A DNA stretch of 52,881 nucleotides, taken from assembly GCA_042577285.1 (NCBI GenBank), contig JBHPDM010000004.1, positions 1 to 52,881 on the forward strand, read 5' to 3'. The DNA comes from Candidatus Omnitrophota bacterium. GTDB taxonomy: Bacteria; Omnitrophota; Gorgyraeia; Gygaellales; Profunditerraquicolaceae. A program made the translations under genes and the position numbers. Within the stretch, counting starts at the first letter, position 1. Each line of letters begins with the position of its first letter. Positions 27,227 to 37,736 of the stretch are shown in pieces. The notes beneath the pieces are model-generated. The model did no database searches. It had not been told where the DNA came from and worked only from the letters and a program-made list of their open reading frames with translations.

Positions 27227-27835
27227 TTAGGATTTAAGTGCTGCTTCTCGGCGGCAGCGCGGGCATAGGATCTTGATGCGGTCGGAACGTGCCTTTTTAG
27301 TTTCTTTTGATGGAGATGCCTCTTTTTTAGCGAGTTCCAAATCCTTCAAATAAGCAATCATCAAGGAGGGGTTTGAAAAAGAGAGCGGACCGAGGCGCTT
27401 AGCTACCCAGATTATCTGTTCATAGGGAGCGATCACCTCACCACAACATTCACAGAGCAGGAGTTTCTTTTCTACGCTCTGCTTTAACTCCTCTCTCTTT
27501 CCTGTGGTCGCCAGGTCAAACTCCTTGGAGAGCGTGATCCCCTTTTCAGTAGGACAATTGGCCTGGCACTGGCCGCAGAATATACAGGTATCCCAACTGA
27601 AAGTCAGAGTCCTTTTGGCTCCCTCGCTCCTGACTTCATCCTTAAACTCGATCGCCTTAGCGGGACACACCTGAGCGCAGGCGCCGCAGCCGATACAATC
27701 ATCATCGTGGAACTCGGGCTTACCCTTGAATCCTTCAAAAGGCTCATGCGCTTCAAAGGGAAACTTTGAGGTATACGGCCCCTTGATCAGTGCTTTGACC
27801 GCTTCCTTTAATTCTCTTAATTTCGGGTATCGCAT
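27227..27835 (-). CDS. NuoI/MbhN-like 2x[4Fe-4S] subunit with an extra Cys-rich C-terminus
   Basis: GPYTSKFPF, CIGCGACAQVCP and CIFCGQCQANCP; additional CECC and CPRC. Confidence 0.88.
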   Translation of the reverse strand: MRYPKLRELKEAVKALIKGPYTSKFPFEAHEPFEGFKGKPEFHDDDCIGCGACAQVCPAKAIEFKDEVRSEGAKRTLTFSWDTCIFCGQCQANCPTEKGITLSKEFDLATTGKREELKQSVEKKLLLCECCGEVIAPYEQIIWVAKRLGPLSFSNPSLMIAYLKDLELAKKEASPSKETKKARSDRIKILCPRCRREAALKS

Positions 27836-28176
27836 CAGCTTTTACCCTCTAATTCCTTATCCTCGGCGTATTTATCGCAAAGAGAGCCCTTCCACAACTT
27901 TACTCCTGCCCTGTGAGCGGCGCGGGAGAGCGCGTGCGCCGAAACCGGTGCTGTAAGGATCAAAAACAAAATACACAAGAGCGCCTTTATGCCTGCGGCA
28001 CTCACACCCTTAAAGAGGAATAGGCCAAAGAGGATGCTACAGGTCCCCAGGGTAACGCATTTTGTCGAAGCCTGCAGGCGGTTGTATACATCCGGGAGCC
28101 TGATCAGCCCCAGGCAGCCAAAAAGGTTGAAGGTAAGGCCGATCACTATAAATATGTAGCCGAGTATCTCACTCAT
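27835..28176 (-). CDS. MrpG/MbhC-like subunit
   Basis: GLIRLPDVYNRLQASTK and APVSAHAL; start corrected to MSEIL at 28176. Confidence 0.9.
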   Translation of the reverse strand: MSEILGYIFIVIGLTFNLFGCLGLIRLPDVYNRLQASTKCVTLGTCSILFGLFLFKGVSAAGIKALLCILFLILTAPVSAHALSRAAHRAGVKLWKGSLCDKYAEDKELEGKS

Positions 28177-28528
28177 CAAAGTTTCTTCCTTCCAGGTACT
28201 TTGCCAGGGCAAGTGTCGAGATAAAGCTCTGCAGGGCCCAGGCGATGCCGATGTCAATATACCAATCCCTGCCGGTTGCAATCCCTAATATCGCGCAGAA
28301 ACCTAAAATAAGTATGCCTAGAATATCGATAGCTACCGCCCTATCAGCAGGTGTAGGACCGCGTATGATCCGCCAGAGGCAGAAGAGCGCAGAGAAGAAA
28401 AGCACGCAAAATGCGCGCCTTAAAAATGGAGACTGCCACTCAATCACAGAAGGAAAAGCGCAATAGATCACTCCTGCCAGGGCTGCGATAAACACTAATA
28501 ATCCTATCAACCAGCGTAAGCGCCTCAT
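28169..28528 (-). CDS. MrpF/MbhB-like subunit
   Basis: RIIRGPTPADRAVAID. Confidence 0.88.
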   Translation of the reverse strand: MRRLRWLIGLLVFIAALAGVIYCAFPSVIEWQSPFLRRAFCVLFFSALFCLWRIIRGPTPADRAVAIDILGILILGFCAILGIATGRDWYIDIGIAWALQSFISTLALAKYLEGRNFDE

Positions 28529-29022
28529 TCAAATACCCTCTTTAATATGCGTTCAAAACGCGACACGATCATCTCTGTTGCCCTCTCTAGGTCCTTACTC
28601 TTGACATCTATCCAATGCACGTAAATAAAACCGCTTTCGGCATCGATATCAACGCTCATCGTGCCGGGGGTCAGAGTAATGGAATTTGCAAGGAAAGTCA
28701 AGGCAGTATCGGATTTCAAGACAGTCTTTACCTTTACGATGCCGGGATTGATCGGCAGGTCCGGGTGACTGACCCTGTAAGCAACGTCGATATTAGCCTT
28801 CAGGCACTCCCAGATAAAAACAGGAATATAATATAAGAACCAGACGTAGCGAGAGAGATGTTTAAATATATGCGGCCTCTTCACAAACATATCTCCGGTC
28901 ATAAATGCCGCAAAAGCTGCGACCAGGATCCCGACCAATAAATGTTCCAGGTCTATCGGCCAGGAGAGGAACGTCCAGACCAAAAAGGCAAGCGCAAAGA
29001 GGATCAACTGGCTTTTTCTCAT
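28525..29022 (-). CDS. MrpE/MbhA-like subunit
   Basis: INPGIVKV and LANSITLTPGT. Confidence 0.92.
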   Translation of the reverse strand: MRKSQLILFALAFLVWTFLSWPIDLEHLLVGILVAAFAAFMTGDMFVKRPHIFKHLSRYVWFLYYIPVFIWECLKANIDVAYRVSHPDLPINPGIVKVKTVLKSDTALTFLANSITLTPGTMSVDIDAESGFIYVHWIDVKSKDLERATEMIVSRFERILKRVFE

Positions 29023-30509
29023 CTTATCGCTCCGAATACCTGCCCGGCATACCCATTACCGGCCAATAAGACATCAGCTGCCGACTGGAGAAATCCCCTT
29101 ACCCCGGGGATCAGCATTAAACCGCCGAAAACACAGATCAAAGCCATGATGATCATAGATAATCTCATAAGAAACGGGACTTCTTTTACCGCCTGCAACG
29201 CCTTGTCTAATTTACCAAAAAAAGCAAACTTCTGCACCTTCATAAATGATGCCAGTGTCAGGATACTCGCCAATACCGCCAATAAGGCATAACCAATACG
29301 GTCAGCCTGAATACAGGCCAGGATGATCAGCAGCTTGCTGAAGAAACCGTTAAAGGGCGGGATACCGGCGATGGACATAGATGCTATGATATTAGTGCCT
29401 GCGGTCGCCGGCAACTTCTTGCGCAAACCACCCATCCTGCGTAGATCCCTTGTCCCGGTAGAATACTCTACGGCTCCAGAGTTAAGAAAAAGCAATGATT
29501 TAAATATCGAATGGTTAAAGAGGTGGAACAACCCGCCTAATATGCCCAGGGGCGTACCAAGGCCTATCCCGAGAATCACGTAACCGATCTGGCTGATCGA
29601 GTGATACGCCAGGAGGCGCTTGAAATCCCACTGCCCTATCGCCAGAAAAACCCCCACTAACATAGAAATAGTCCCCAGAAACATCAGTACCAGAAGCAGC
29701 TGAGGGTTAACGCCGAAGATATTAAAAAGCACCCTGATTATCGCATAGATCCCCAACACTTTGATCAAGACACCTGAGAGCATCGCTGATATCGGAGCCG
29801 GGGCAGAAGGGTGAGCATCGGGAAGCCAGGCGTGGAAGGGGACTAACGCTCCCTTTAAGCCGAAGCCGGCAAGGAATAGCACCGTTACGAAACTAACTAA
29901 TACCCCCGAGCCCTTCTCGGCCAAAACCTGTGAGATATCCGCCATATTCAGAGTAGAGGTATAACTATATAGGAGGCCTATCCCCAGAAGTATAAAACAA
30001 GATGTTACCGACCCCATGATCCCGTATTTAAATGATGCCTCAAGTTCTTCCGCCTCTGTGCCGAAGGCGACCAGGGCGTAACTTGAGATCGAAGCGATCT
30101 CTAAAAAGACAAAGAGATTAAACAGGTCTCCGGTGATGATCACGCCGTTCATCCCTGCAAGCATCAGCATAAATAGTGTATAAAACTTAGACTTATCGGT
30201 GAACTTCTCCATATACCTGACCGAGTACAGCGTCACCATTAAGCTGACCAGGCTTACCGTCACCAGCATAAAACTGGAGAGGCCGTCAAGTACCATCGAT
30301 ATACCTATAGGCGGGATCCAGCCTCCGACTTTATAGACCAAGACCTTTTGCGCGCTTACTAAAGGAATAGAATACAGCGAAAGGGCCAATAGCGCCAGCG
30401 CTGCCAGGTTACTTAATACATCCCCCAGGCCGCGCAGCCTCTTGCCAAAAAGCGAGACCAGAAAAGCTGCAGCCAAAGGTATGATCACAAAAAACGGTAT
30501 CAGCTTCAC
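29019..30509 (-). CDS. MrpD/MbhH-like antiporter subunit
   Basis: DLFNLFVFLEI, PFHAWLPDAHPSAP, KRLLAYHSISQIGY, GIPPFNGFFSK. Confidence 0.92.
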   Translation of the reverse strand: MKLIPFFVIIPLAAAFLVSLFGKRLRGLGDVLSNLAALALLALSLYSIPLVSAQKVLVYKVGGWIPPIGISMVLDGLSSFMLVTVSLVSLMVTLYSVRYMEKFTDKSKFYTLFMLMLAGMNGVIITGDLFNLFVFLEIASISSYALVAFGTEAEELEASFKYGIMGSVTSCFILLGIGLLYSYTSTLNMADISQVLAEKGSGVLVSFVTVLFLAGFGLKGALVPFHAWLPDAHPSAPAPISAMLSGVLIKVLGIYAIIRVLFNIFGVNPQLLLVLMFLGTISMLVGVFLAIGQWDFKRLLAYHSISQIGYVILGIGLGTPLGILGGLFHLFNHSIFKSLLFLNSGAVEYSTGTRDLRRMGGLRKKLPATAGTNIIASMSIAGIPPFNGFFSKLLIILACIQADRIGYALLAVLASILTLASFMKVQKFAFFGKLDKALQAVKEVPFLMRLSMIIMALICVFGGLMLIPGVRGFLQSAADVLLAGNGYAGQVFGAIR

Positions 30510-30844
30510 CCTCTTAACCTCCGGATCTTAGTGATATCAAAAGTGCCGTATTTCTCGTAGATCCTTATTGCGATCGCAACCAATAAGGCTGTGGTCGCCA
30601 GGCCTATGACGATAGCGGTCAGGATCAACGCCTGCGGCAGGGGATCTACCATATTCGCGACTATCTCACCCTCAGCCAGTATAGGCGCCCTGCCATGGGA
30701 GCGGTAGGCGACCAAGATAAAGAAAAGATTTACCGCATACTCGATGATCCCCAGACCGATAATGATCTTGATGATATTCCTCTTTCTTAATACACAGAAG
30801 AGGCCGATAGAAAACAGGATAAAACACAATACATATTCGCTCAT
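30506..30844 (-). CDS. MrpC/MbhG-like subunit
   Basis: DPLPQALILTAIVIG. Confidence 0.92.
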   Translation of the reverse strand: MSEYVLCFILFSIGLFCVLRKRNIIKIIIGLGIIEYAVNLFFILVAYRSHGRAPILAEGEIVANMVDPLPQALILTAIVIGLATTALLVAIAIRIYEKYGTFDITKIRRLRG

Positions 30845-31290
30845 TCTTCTTTTCCTGACGCCCTGAATAAGATCAGAGCTGCAAAGATAGCAAAGAGTCC
30901 CGCCCCGACCTTAAGCGATATAGCAATATTAGCTAGAGGAATAAAACCGGCACTAAAGAGTTTAAATGGTTCACCCTTATCGGCAAAAAAGTTCAGGAAG
31001 AAGTAGCCGCCGGCAAAACCCAAGAGTGCTATTGATAAAAACATCACTGCGCCCAGGCTTTCAACAAAAGAAGCGCGCGCCTGACTTAACTTTTTAAGCA
31101 CTGTCTCCCTGCCAAAAGCCAGCATCAGATGGATAAAAGAGAGCGCGATGATCACCCCTCCGGCAAATCCCCCTCCCGGAGAAATATGCCCGTGCAGGAC
31201 TATATAAATTCCATAAAGTAGGATTATCCCCACGGTAAGCTTAGTCACCGTCTTTACGATCAGGGTCATTCCTCTTTCAGATCTCTTCAT
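30841..31290 (-). CDS. MrpB/MbhF-like subunit
   Basis: HGHISPGGGFAGG. Confidence 0.92.
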   Translation of the reverse strand: MKRSERGMTLIVKTVTKLTVGIILLYGIYIVLHGHISPGGGFAGGVIIALSFIHLMLAFGRETVLKKLSQARASFVESLGAVMFLSIALLGFAGGYFFLNFFADKGEPFKLFSAGFIPLANIAISLKVGAGLFAIFAALILFRASGKEE

Positions 31291-31805
31291 CGCTTGATCC
31301 TTCCCACTCTTCTGACCACCGCTAACACTCCCATCACCGCGGTAAATAATATAGTCGCCTCACCCAAGGTATCGTAGGCCCTAAAATCCAGGATCACCGA
31401 GCTGACCAGGTTTGTGGCGCCAGTTTTGGCAAGGCCGTTGCGTATGTACTCTCCCGCTACCCTCATGATCGGAGCGCCGAACCTGGGCAACTCCTGCAAG
31501 GCAAAGTAGGCGCAGATCAAAAAGAGGCCGATAAAAGCGAAGGTGGAGAAAGTATTAAAATGCCAGCGCCCGTCTTTAAGTAACGGCAGGTCCTTCTTGA
31601 TCGTGGCCCGGATCAGGATGATCAGGCAGAGGATCTCGACCACCAGCTGTGCAATCGCCAGGTCCGGCGCCTTCAGAACAAGAAAAGCCATCGACAACCC
31701 TAATCCGGCAGCGCCTACAGCGATCACGCTTGAGAGCAGGTCTTCGATCGCAACCGCCGCAACCGCCGCAATAATCATGAACAATAAGATGATATTAAGT
31801 TCCAT
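31287..31805 (-). CDS. Fused MbhD (DUF4040) + MbhE-like subunit
   Basis: APDLAIAQLVVE and NLVSSVILDFRAYDTLGE; start corrected to MELN at 31805 (TAATG overlap). Confidence 0.88.
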   Translation of the reverse strand: MELNIILLFMIIAAVAAVAIEDLLSSVIAVGAAGLGLSMAFLVLKAPDLAIAQLVVEILCLIILIRATIKKDLPLLKDGRWHFNTFSTFAFIGLFLICAYFALQELPRFGAPIMRVAGEYIRNGLAKTGATNLVSSVILDFRAYDTLGEATILFTAVMGVLAVVRRVGRIKR

Positions 31806-33463
31806 TATTTTAATATAATAAAGGTAAAGAATAACCCCAGCATACCTAATAGACACCAGACCATATAAGTAGGAAGCACTCCGTTATGCAGATACTGGAA
31901 TACTCCGGAAAGAGAAAAAACAAAGCGCTTGCCCTGGGTATAGATATCAAATAGACCCGCCTCTGCCCTGGCATATATCGCACGTAAAACCTTAAGCTCC
32001 TTTATGCTGTTGTAAAATTCTGTCCCACTGACCATTTTGTGCTCGACCTCAGTGGTCTCGGCACCGGTAAATGGCGCATCCCTGCGCAGGGTAGGCTTTA
32101 TTGCTTTTAACCTAAATATCAATACTCCCAGGACCAGCCCGATCACGATCAAGGCCGTAGATAACCCGGCATACCAGGTGCCATTAAAGACTACCCCTTC
32201 TACTGCCGGAAGGATAAAATATCTAAGCGGCAACTGCCGCGCAAATACACCGAAGAATACGCATATCGCTGCTAATACAGCTGCCGGCAACCACATCTGC
32301 CAGGGGACCTCGCTGATCCGCTTTCTCTCTCTTGAGGCTTCACCCAGGAATGCGGCATGGATCAACTTCATAAAACTTGCCAAAGTAAGGCCTGAACCGA
32401 ACATCGCCGCTACCAGGCAGATCACCGTAACCGGCCCCATACCGTTAAGCGTTAGCCTGCCGATCAATCCCTGATAGACCATCCACTTTGAAACAAAACC
32501 ATTAAAAGGCGGAACCCCGGATATCGATAGAGCAGCGATCAAGCAGCAGATATAGGTGATCGGCATCGCCCTGCCTAAACCGCCTAATTCATCGAGCTCC
32601 GTTGTCTTTGTACGGTATTCGACATTACCGGCAGTAAAAAATAGACACGACTTATAGATCGCATGGTTGAGCATATGAAACATTCCGCCGGCTATACCGA
32701 TCGGTATCCCTGTGCCTATACCTAATATCATGTATCCGACCTGTGAGACGGCGTGATACCCTAAGAGCCGCTTCATATTATGCTGCACCAGGGCCATCAT
32801 CACCGCCGCGATTATGGTAAATGCTCCGATCAGCATGAGAAATATGCGTATCCCCTCGTTCATCGTAAAGATATGTAAGGATACGCGCGCCAAAAGATAG
32901 ATCCCCAGAAGTTTATCTAGGGAAGCGGGTAGAAAAGCCACTACCGGAACGGGGGCATCTTTTGCGCAATCAGGGATCCAGGAATGAAATGGCATCGCCC
33001 CTGCCTTGGCAAAACAGGCCAAAGCGACACAAATATAAGCAAAGAGCGCGAGATTATTATCAAGTGCCAGCTTGACCGCATCCATCTGCAGGCTGCCGGA
33101 TAAAGAATAGATTATACCTATACCCAAAAGCATCAGCGCGTCGGTTCCCCCGACGATGATAAAGGTCTTCTTTGCAGTAGCCGAAGCCTCATCACCCATA
33201 TTGATCAACAGATACAGCGTTATACCTAAGAAACCCCAGAGGATCAAGAGCAGAAGCAGGTTATTAGATAGCGCTACCCCGATCGAAGCGATCGCAGTAA
33301 GAACTATATAAGAATAATACTGCCAGGGTGAATCCTTATCCCTTATGAACTTAGATGAATAAAGAATGGTTAAGATGCTAAAAAGGCCTATAGCCATGAC
33401 CACGAAACCGTTCAGTGAATCCAGCTTAAGCCAGGGATATAATGAAGAGATAAAATCAGTCAT
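31805..33463 (-). CDS. NuoL/MrpA-like antiporter subunit with a C-terminal lateral-helix extension
   Basis: PFHSWIPD, KRLLGYHAVSQVGY, GVPPFNGFVSKW and a C-terminal LHNGVLPTY. Confidence 0.9.
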   Translation of the reverse strand: MTDFISSLYPWLKLDSLNGFVVMAIGLFSILTILYSSKFIRDKDSPWQYYSYIVLTAIASIGVALSNNLLLLLILWGFLGITLYLLINMGDEASATAKKTFIIVGGTDALMLLGIGIIYSLSGSLQMDAVKLALDNNLALFAYICVALACFAKAGAMPFHSWIPDCAKDAPVPVVAFLPASLDKLLGIYLLARVSLHIFTMNEGIRIFLMLIGAFTIIAAVMMALVQHNMKRLLGYHAVSQVGYMILGIGTGIPIGIAGGMFHMLNHAIYKSCLFFTAGNVEYRTKTTELDELGGLGRAMPITYICCLIAALSISGVPPFNGFVSKWMVYQGLIGRLTLNGMGPVTVICLVAAMFGSGLTLASFMKLIHAAFLGEASRERKRISEVPWQMWLPAAVLAAICVFFGVFARQLPLRYFILPAVEGVVFNGTWYAGLSTALIVIGLVLGVLIFRLKAIKPTLRRDAPFTGAETTEVEHKMVSGTEFYNSIKELKVLRAIYARAEAGLFDIYTQGKRFVFSLSGVFQYLHNGVLPTYMVWCLLGMLGLFFTFIILK

Positions 33464-34649
33464 CTAAGCCCATTTCTTTCTTTAATCGCTCGGTCTTCTC
33501 CTGCGATAACTTTATCAGATCCCAACCGTTGAGCACCTTCTCGTCAGTTGCCTTATTGATCACCGCCACCCTCTCGGTACAGCAATAACAGGGATCGACC
33601 GCCGCCAGGGTGATCGTGGCATCAGATATCGTCCCGCCCACGGCAGCATCTTTATTGGAAGCCACATTCATATAGCTTGGGGCGCGAATCTTATGCCTGA
33701 CCGGACGGTTTGTCCCGTCAGACTTAACATAGTGAAAACATTCACCGCGGGGTGCCTCAACATGGCCAATACCCTCTCCGGGAGGGATATCTTTTACATT
33801 GGCGTCAATCTCGCCCTTCGGCATCTTATCCAGGCACTGCTTGATTATACTGACCGATTCATAAAGCTCTAAGATCCTTACCACTGCCTTGGCAAATACG
33901 TCCCCCTCCTGCTGCACGATCACATTCCACTTCACCCTATCGTATGCTCCGTAGGGATCATCCTTACGCACATCAATATTTAATCCGGAGGCCCTTCCTG
34001 TCGGCCCCTCCACACACCAATCGATCGCCTGCTGTTTAGTCAAAATACCGATTCCTTTAAGCCGGGTGTGGATCACCGGGTCATCCAGAACCGCACCCTT
34101 AAACATATCCGTTACCGGAACAAGGTCATCGAGGATCTTCTTTAGCGCAGGTATATCCTCATCTCTTATATCACGCCGCACACCACCCGGCTTCATCATC
34201 GCGTAGTGATTGCGATTTCCGGTGATCAACTCGAACATATCCAGCACCGGCTCACGGTAACGCCAGGCCCACATCCATACTGTATTATATCCGATAAAGT
34301 GGCCTGCTAATCCCAACCATAAAAGGTGGCTGTGGATCCTTTCAAGCTCCGCAATAATAGTACGGATATAAAGCGCCCTCTCCGGGACCTTGATCTTAGC
34401 CAGATCCTCGACGGCATTAACATAAGCAAAGGGGTGGCTGGTGGAGCAGATCCCGCAGATACGCTCAACCAAAAAGGCGACCTGATCCCAATGCTTAGAT
34501 TCAGAAAGCTTCTCTATTCCCCGGTGCATATAACCGATGACTATATCTATATCCTTAACCCGCTCCCCATCTACATAAAGACGGAAGAACTCCGGCTCCT
34601 CCTGCAGCGGATGATAAGGACCTATAGGTACTATTACTCTGTGTGACAT
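33456..34649 (-). CDS. Group 4 [NiFe]-hydrogenase large subunit (MbhL-like)
   Basis: L1 motif ERICGICSTSH, L2 motif DPCYCCTER followed by a C-terminal extension, and N-terminal GPYHPLQEEP. Confidence 0.9.
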   Translation of the reverse strand: MSHRVIVPIGPYHPLQEEPEFFRLYVDGERVKDIDIVIGYMHRGIEKLSESKHWDQVAFLVERICGICSTSHPFAYVNAVEDLAKIKVPERALYIRTIIAELERIHSHLLWLGLAGHFIGYNTVWMWAWRYREPVLDMFELITGNRNHYAMMKPGGVRRDIRDEDIPALKKILDDLVPVTDMFKGAVLDDPVIHTRLKGIGILTKQQAIDWCVEGPTGRASGLNIDVRKDDPYGAYDRVKWNVIVQQEGDVFAKAVVRILELYESVSIIKQCLDKMPKGEIDANVKDIPPGEGIGHVEAPRGECFHYVKSDGTNRPVRHKIRAPSYMNVASNKDAAVGGTISDATITLAAVDPCYCCTERVAVINKATDEKVLNGWDLIKLSQEKTERLKKEMGLDD

Positions 34650-34652
34650 ATC

Positions 34653-35096
34653 TTAATCCTTGTCCTGGTCATGCCTTAAAGGGTACTTTCCCTTCGGCCA
34701 GTCATCGACCAATAAAAGATGAGTTAAGTTCGGATGGCCCTCGAAGTCGATCCCTAAAAGCTCCCACATCTCCCGCTCGATCCATTCCGCTCCTCTGATT
34801 ATCGGGGTAATCGACGTGATCTGGGGATGCTTTTTGTCTGCGATCAGGGTGCGCAGACTAATCATCTTACCCGTTGCATCATGCGAGAAATGATAGAGTA
34901 TCTCGATGCCCTGCGGCGTATCAGTTCCTGAGGCAATCACAAAGCGCGCCCCTATATCCCTGAAGATAAATCGCGCCGCTTCCGGTATATCCTTAGGATC
35001 AAAGCCGATATAGATCCTAAGAGGATTATGCTCGTAGAACTCAAGGATCCTCTCTGCGAATTTATCCTTTATCCTGCTGATAACATCTTTCATCAC
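34653..35096 (-). CDS. NuoC/MbhK-like subunit
   Basis: SITPIIRGAEWIEREMWELLGIDFEGHPNL. Confidence 0.9.
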   Translation of the reverse strand: MMKDVISRIKDKFAERILEFYEHNPLRIYIGFDPKDIPEAARFIFRDIGARFVIASGTDTPQGIEILYHFSHDATGKMISLRTLIADKKHPQITSITPIIRGAEWIEREMWELLGIDFEGHPNLTHLLLVDDWPKGKYPLRHDQDKD

Positions 35097-35518
35097 TTTT
35101 TTCCTTGCAGCTTCTGGATCAATTTCACAACTCCGGCGATCATCGCCTCAGGCTTTGGCGGACAACCCGGGATGTAGGCGCTCACCGGGACTATATCATC
35201 GACATTGCAGGGGCTGTTATAGGAATCCTTAAACATCACTCTTCCGCAGGCGCAGCTTCCCACAGCTATCACCAGGCAGGGCTGAGGCGCCTGTTCATAA
35301 AGCTTCTTTAGCCTCTCCTTTGTCTTCATGTTGGGGACACCGGTGACTAAAAGCACATCGGCATGCCGCACGCTTCCTACCAGGACTATCCCGAACCTCT
35401 CTACGTCAAACCTCGGAGTCAAAAGGTCGAGGATCTCGATATCGCAGTTATTACACGGTGAGCAGGCAGCGTGAAATACCCAGATCGATTTAGTAAGTGC
35501 TTTAAGTTTTGTATTCAT
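35093..35518 (-). CDS. NuoB/MbhJ-like hydrogenase small subunit
   Basis: CNNCDIE, RHADVLLVTG, GSCACG, PGCPPKPE. Confidence 0.92.
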   Translation of the reverse strand: MNTKLKALTKSIWVFHAACSPCNNCDIEILDLLTPRFDVERFGIVLVGSVRHADVLLVTGVPNMKTKERLKKLYEQAPQPCLVIAVGSCACGRVMFKDSYNSPCNVDDIVPVSAYIPGCPPKPEAMIAGVVKLIQKLQGKK

Positions 35519-35519
35519 T

Positions 35520-36431
35520 TTATAATCCTAATAGGGATAAAATAACCGCTACAACAGCCAAAAAAGTGACCGGTCCCCAGAAAAACTTCAATGCCTGGTC
35601 GATCCGCAATCTCGGGTTAGTATTCTTGATCAGAATGATTACCACTAATAATGCTACGTACTTGCCGGCTAATGCCAAGGGGCTTAAATTACCGGCCCAA
35701 AATAAACTGATCAAAAATAGCGGCATCGTATAAAGCATCAGCGCCTTAGTCAATTTAAACACAGCTAAGGGCAGGCCGGAATATTCGATTAAAGTCCCTC
35801 CCATTATCTCCTGCTCTGCTTCAGCGGCATCAAAGGGAACAAGGCCCAGCTTCGCCTGCATACAGAGTATTGCTACGATAAAAGCGATGATTCCGGAGAG
35901 CGAAGCAGCATTGGAACCTGCGCTGATCTGATGAGTTACAATCGAACCTATCCGGATCGCTCCTGCCGACCTTACGATCACAGCGATCATAGCTAATATA
36001 AATGGCAGCTCGTATGCAAGCACCATCTTCATCTCGCGCGAGACGCCCACAGAGGCGAGGGGATTACCGGATGATGAGCCGCCGATGATCAGGGCGATCG
36101 CCGGCACCACTAAAAGGTAGATCAACACGATCAGATCACCACTGAAACCCTCTAGAGGCGAGATCAATCCTAACCCTAAGATCGTCGCCACCAAAGTAAC
36201 GCTCAAAAGCCCGAGATATGGCGCAAATAAAAAGGTAAGCCTTGATCCCTGCGGCAGGATCGTCTCCTTACCGGTAAGCTTGACGATATCGATAAAATTC
36301 TGATACCAGGGAGGGCCAACGCGCCACTGGACGCGAGCGGTTACCTTTCTATCCACCCAGCCGGATATTAGGCCGATCACCGCGCTAAATAAGAAACCCG
36401 GAAATATCAAATAATTGAATAATAACTTCAT
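35520..36431 (-). CDS. NuoH/MbhM-like membrane subunit
   Basis: DRKVTARVQWRVGPP, PFDAAEAEQEIMGGTLIEYSG, NPRLRIDQ. Confidence 0.92.
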   Translation of the reverse strand: MKLLFNYLIFPGFLFSAVIGLISGWVDRKVTARVQWRVGPPWYQNFIDIVKLTGKETILPQGSRLTFLFAPYLGLLSVTLVATILGLGLISPLEGFSGDLIVLIYLLVVPAIALIIGGSSSGNPLASVGVSREMKMVLAYELPFILAMIAVIVRSAGAIRIGSIVTHQISAGSNAASLSGIIAFIVAILCMQAKLGLVPFDAAEAEQEIMGGTLIEYSGLPLAVFKLTKALMLYTMPLFLISLFWAGNLSPLALAGKYVALLVVIILIKNTNPRLRIDQALKFFWGPVTFLAVVAVILSLLGL

Positions 36432-36919
36432 TTCTTCTTAATCTGAATATCCTCTTTTGACCATTTACGGGAATGCACGGCCAAGCTCTCCCCGACAAAA
36501 TAAATATTTTCCTGCGGGTTCTCTTCGACATCTTTTATCTCTATCGCCTTTTCAGGACAGCTGCCTATACATTTAGGCTGTTTACGCGTAACTCCAGCGC
36601 AATAATCACAGCTTGAATCCAGGTATGGAATAAAATCAGGAAATATCGTACCAAAGGGACAGGCGATCGAACAGGATTTACAACTTGTACAGCGCATCTT
36701 ATAACGCTTCAGGATCCCGTCTTCCTGTTTTTCCAATGCATCCCTGTAACAGGCATTCACGCAAGGAGCTTCTTCGCAGTGGCGGCAGAAGAGGGCCAAT
36801 GTCGCGTATTCTCTTAAAGAAGTAATGCCGTTGTTCTGCGGGTGATAGAAGTAATCGCAAGCTGCTTTACATTCGAGGCAGCGATCACACAGGTCTAAGT
36901 CGATAAATAGGCGCTTCAT
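36428..36919 (-). CDS. 4Fe-4S polyferredoxin (HydN/CooF-like)
   Basis: Four Cys clusters including CRHCEEAPCVNAC and CTSCKSCSIACPFG. Confidence 0.85.
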   Translation of the reverse strand: MKRLFIDLDLCDRCLECKAACDYFYHPQNNGITSLREYATLALFCRHCEEAPCVNACYRDALEKQEDGILKRYKMRCTSCKSCSIACPFGTIFPDFIPYLDSSCDYCAGVTRKQPKCIGSCPEKAIEIKDVEENPQENIYFVGESLAVHSRKWSKEDIQIKKK

Positions 36920-36920
36920 C

Positions 36921-37736
36921 TTAATCCCAGATCTCCGGTATATCCCTTAACTGTTCGTATGTAAAGACCGGACCGTCCTTACAGGCATAGTATTTGCCGA
37001 CTCGGCAATGGCCGCACTTCCCCAACCCGCAGGACATATTCTTCTCCATAGACAGATAGATATCCTCAGGCTTATATCCTAGTTCCAGCAACTTAAGGGT
37101 AGAGAACTTCATCATGATCGGTGGCCCGCAGACTATCGCCACCGACTTCTTCAGGTTCACGGGAAGGTCCTTCAGGATCGTCGTAACTAATCCTACATTG
37201 CCCCGCCAGCCCTTCTCACCCAGATCAACGGTAGTGACTAGATCCACCTTCTTCTTCCTCGCCCACCTAGGCAGGGAATCTTTATAAACGATATCCTGCG
37301 GGCTGCGCGCTCCGTAGCGCAGCACCACCTTATTGAATCTATCGATCTCACCAAAGAGAGCAAATAATAAAGAACGCAGGGGAGCAAGGCCAACACCTCC
37401 GCCGACGATCAAGACATCTTTTCCGGCAAACTTATCTAACGGATACCCCGCACCATACGGCCCCCTGATGCCTACTAAAGCTTTCTTCTTAAGACCGTGC
37501 ATGATATCTGTGACCCTGCCGGCCTTCATGATCGTGACTTCGATATTATCCTTTATCTTAGGGTCTGATGAAGGCGTAAAGGGTGCCTCGCCTACCCCCG
37601 GGACTGTGATCTCGATAAACTGCCCGGTTTTAAAACTAAAGTCTTCCTTAGGCTTAAGTACGAAGGTCTTGATCGTCGGGGTCTCAACCTTCACCTGTTC
37701 GATTGTCGCCTCAAATGGTTTATAGATATTCTTCAT
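36921..37736 (-). CDS. AsrB/HydG-like FAD/NAD(P)-binding subunit
   Basis: RGPYG, GGGVGLAPLRS, VCGPPIMM and the 2Fe-2S motif EKNMSCGLGKCGHC...CKDGPV. Confidence 0.9.
   Translation of the reverse strand: MKNIYKPFEATIEQVKVETPTIKTFVLKPKEDFSFKTGQFIEITVPGVGEAPFTPSSDPKIKDNIEVTIMKAGRVTDIMHGLKKKALVGIRGPYGAGYPLDKFAGKDVLIVGGGVGLAPLRSLLFALFGEIDRFNKVVLRYGARSPQDIVYKDSLPRWARKKKVDLVTTVDLGEKGWRGNVGLVTTILKDLPVNLKKSVAIVCGPPIMMKFSTLKLLELGYKPEDIYLSMEKNMSCGLGKCGHCRVGKYYACKDGPVFTYEQLRDIPEIWD

Noticed and set aside
33456-34649. Mbx/MBS sulfane reductase or plain NuoD
   Set aside because: Both CxxC Ni-binding motifs and a cleavable C-terminal extension are present.
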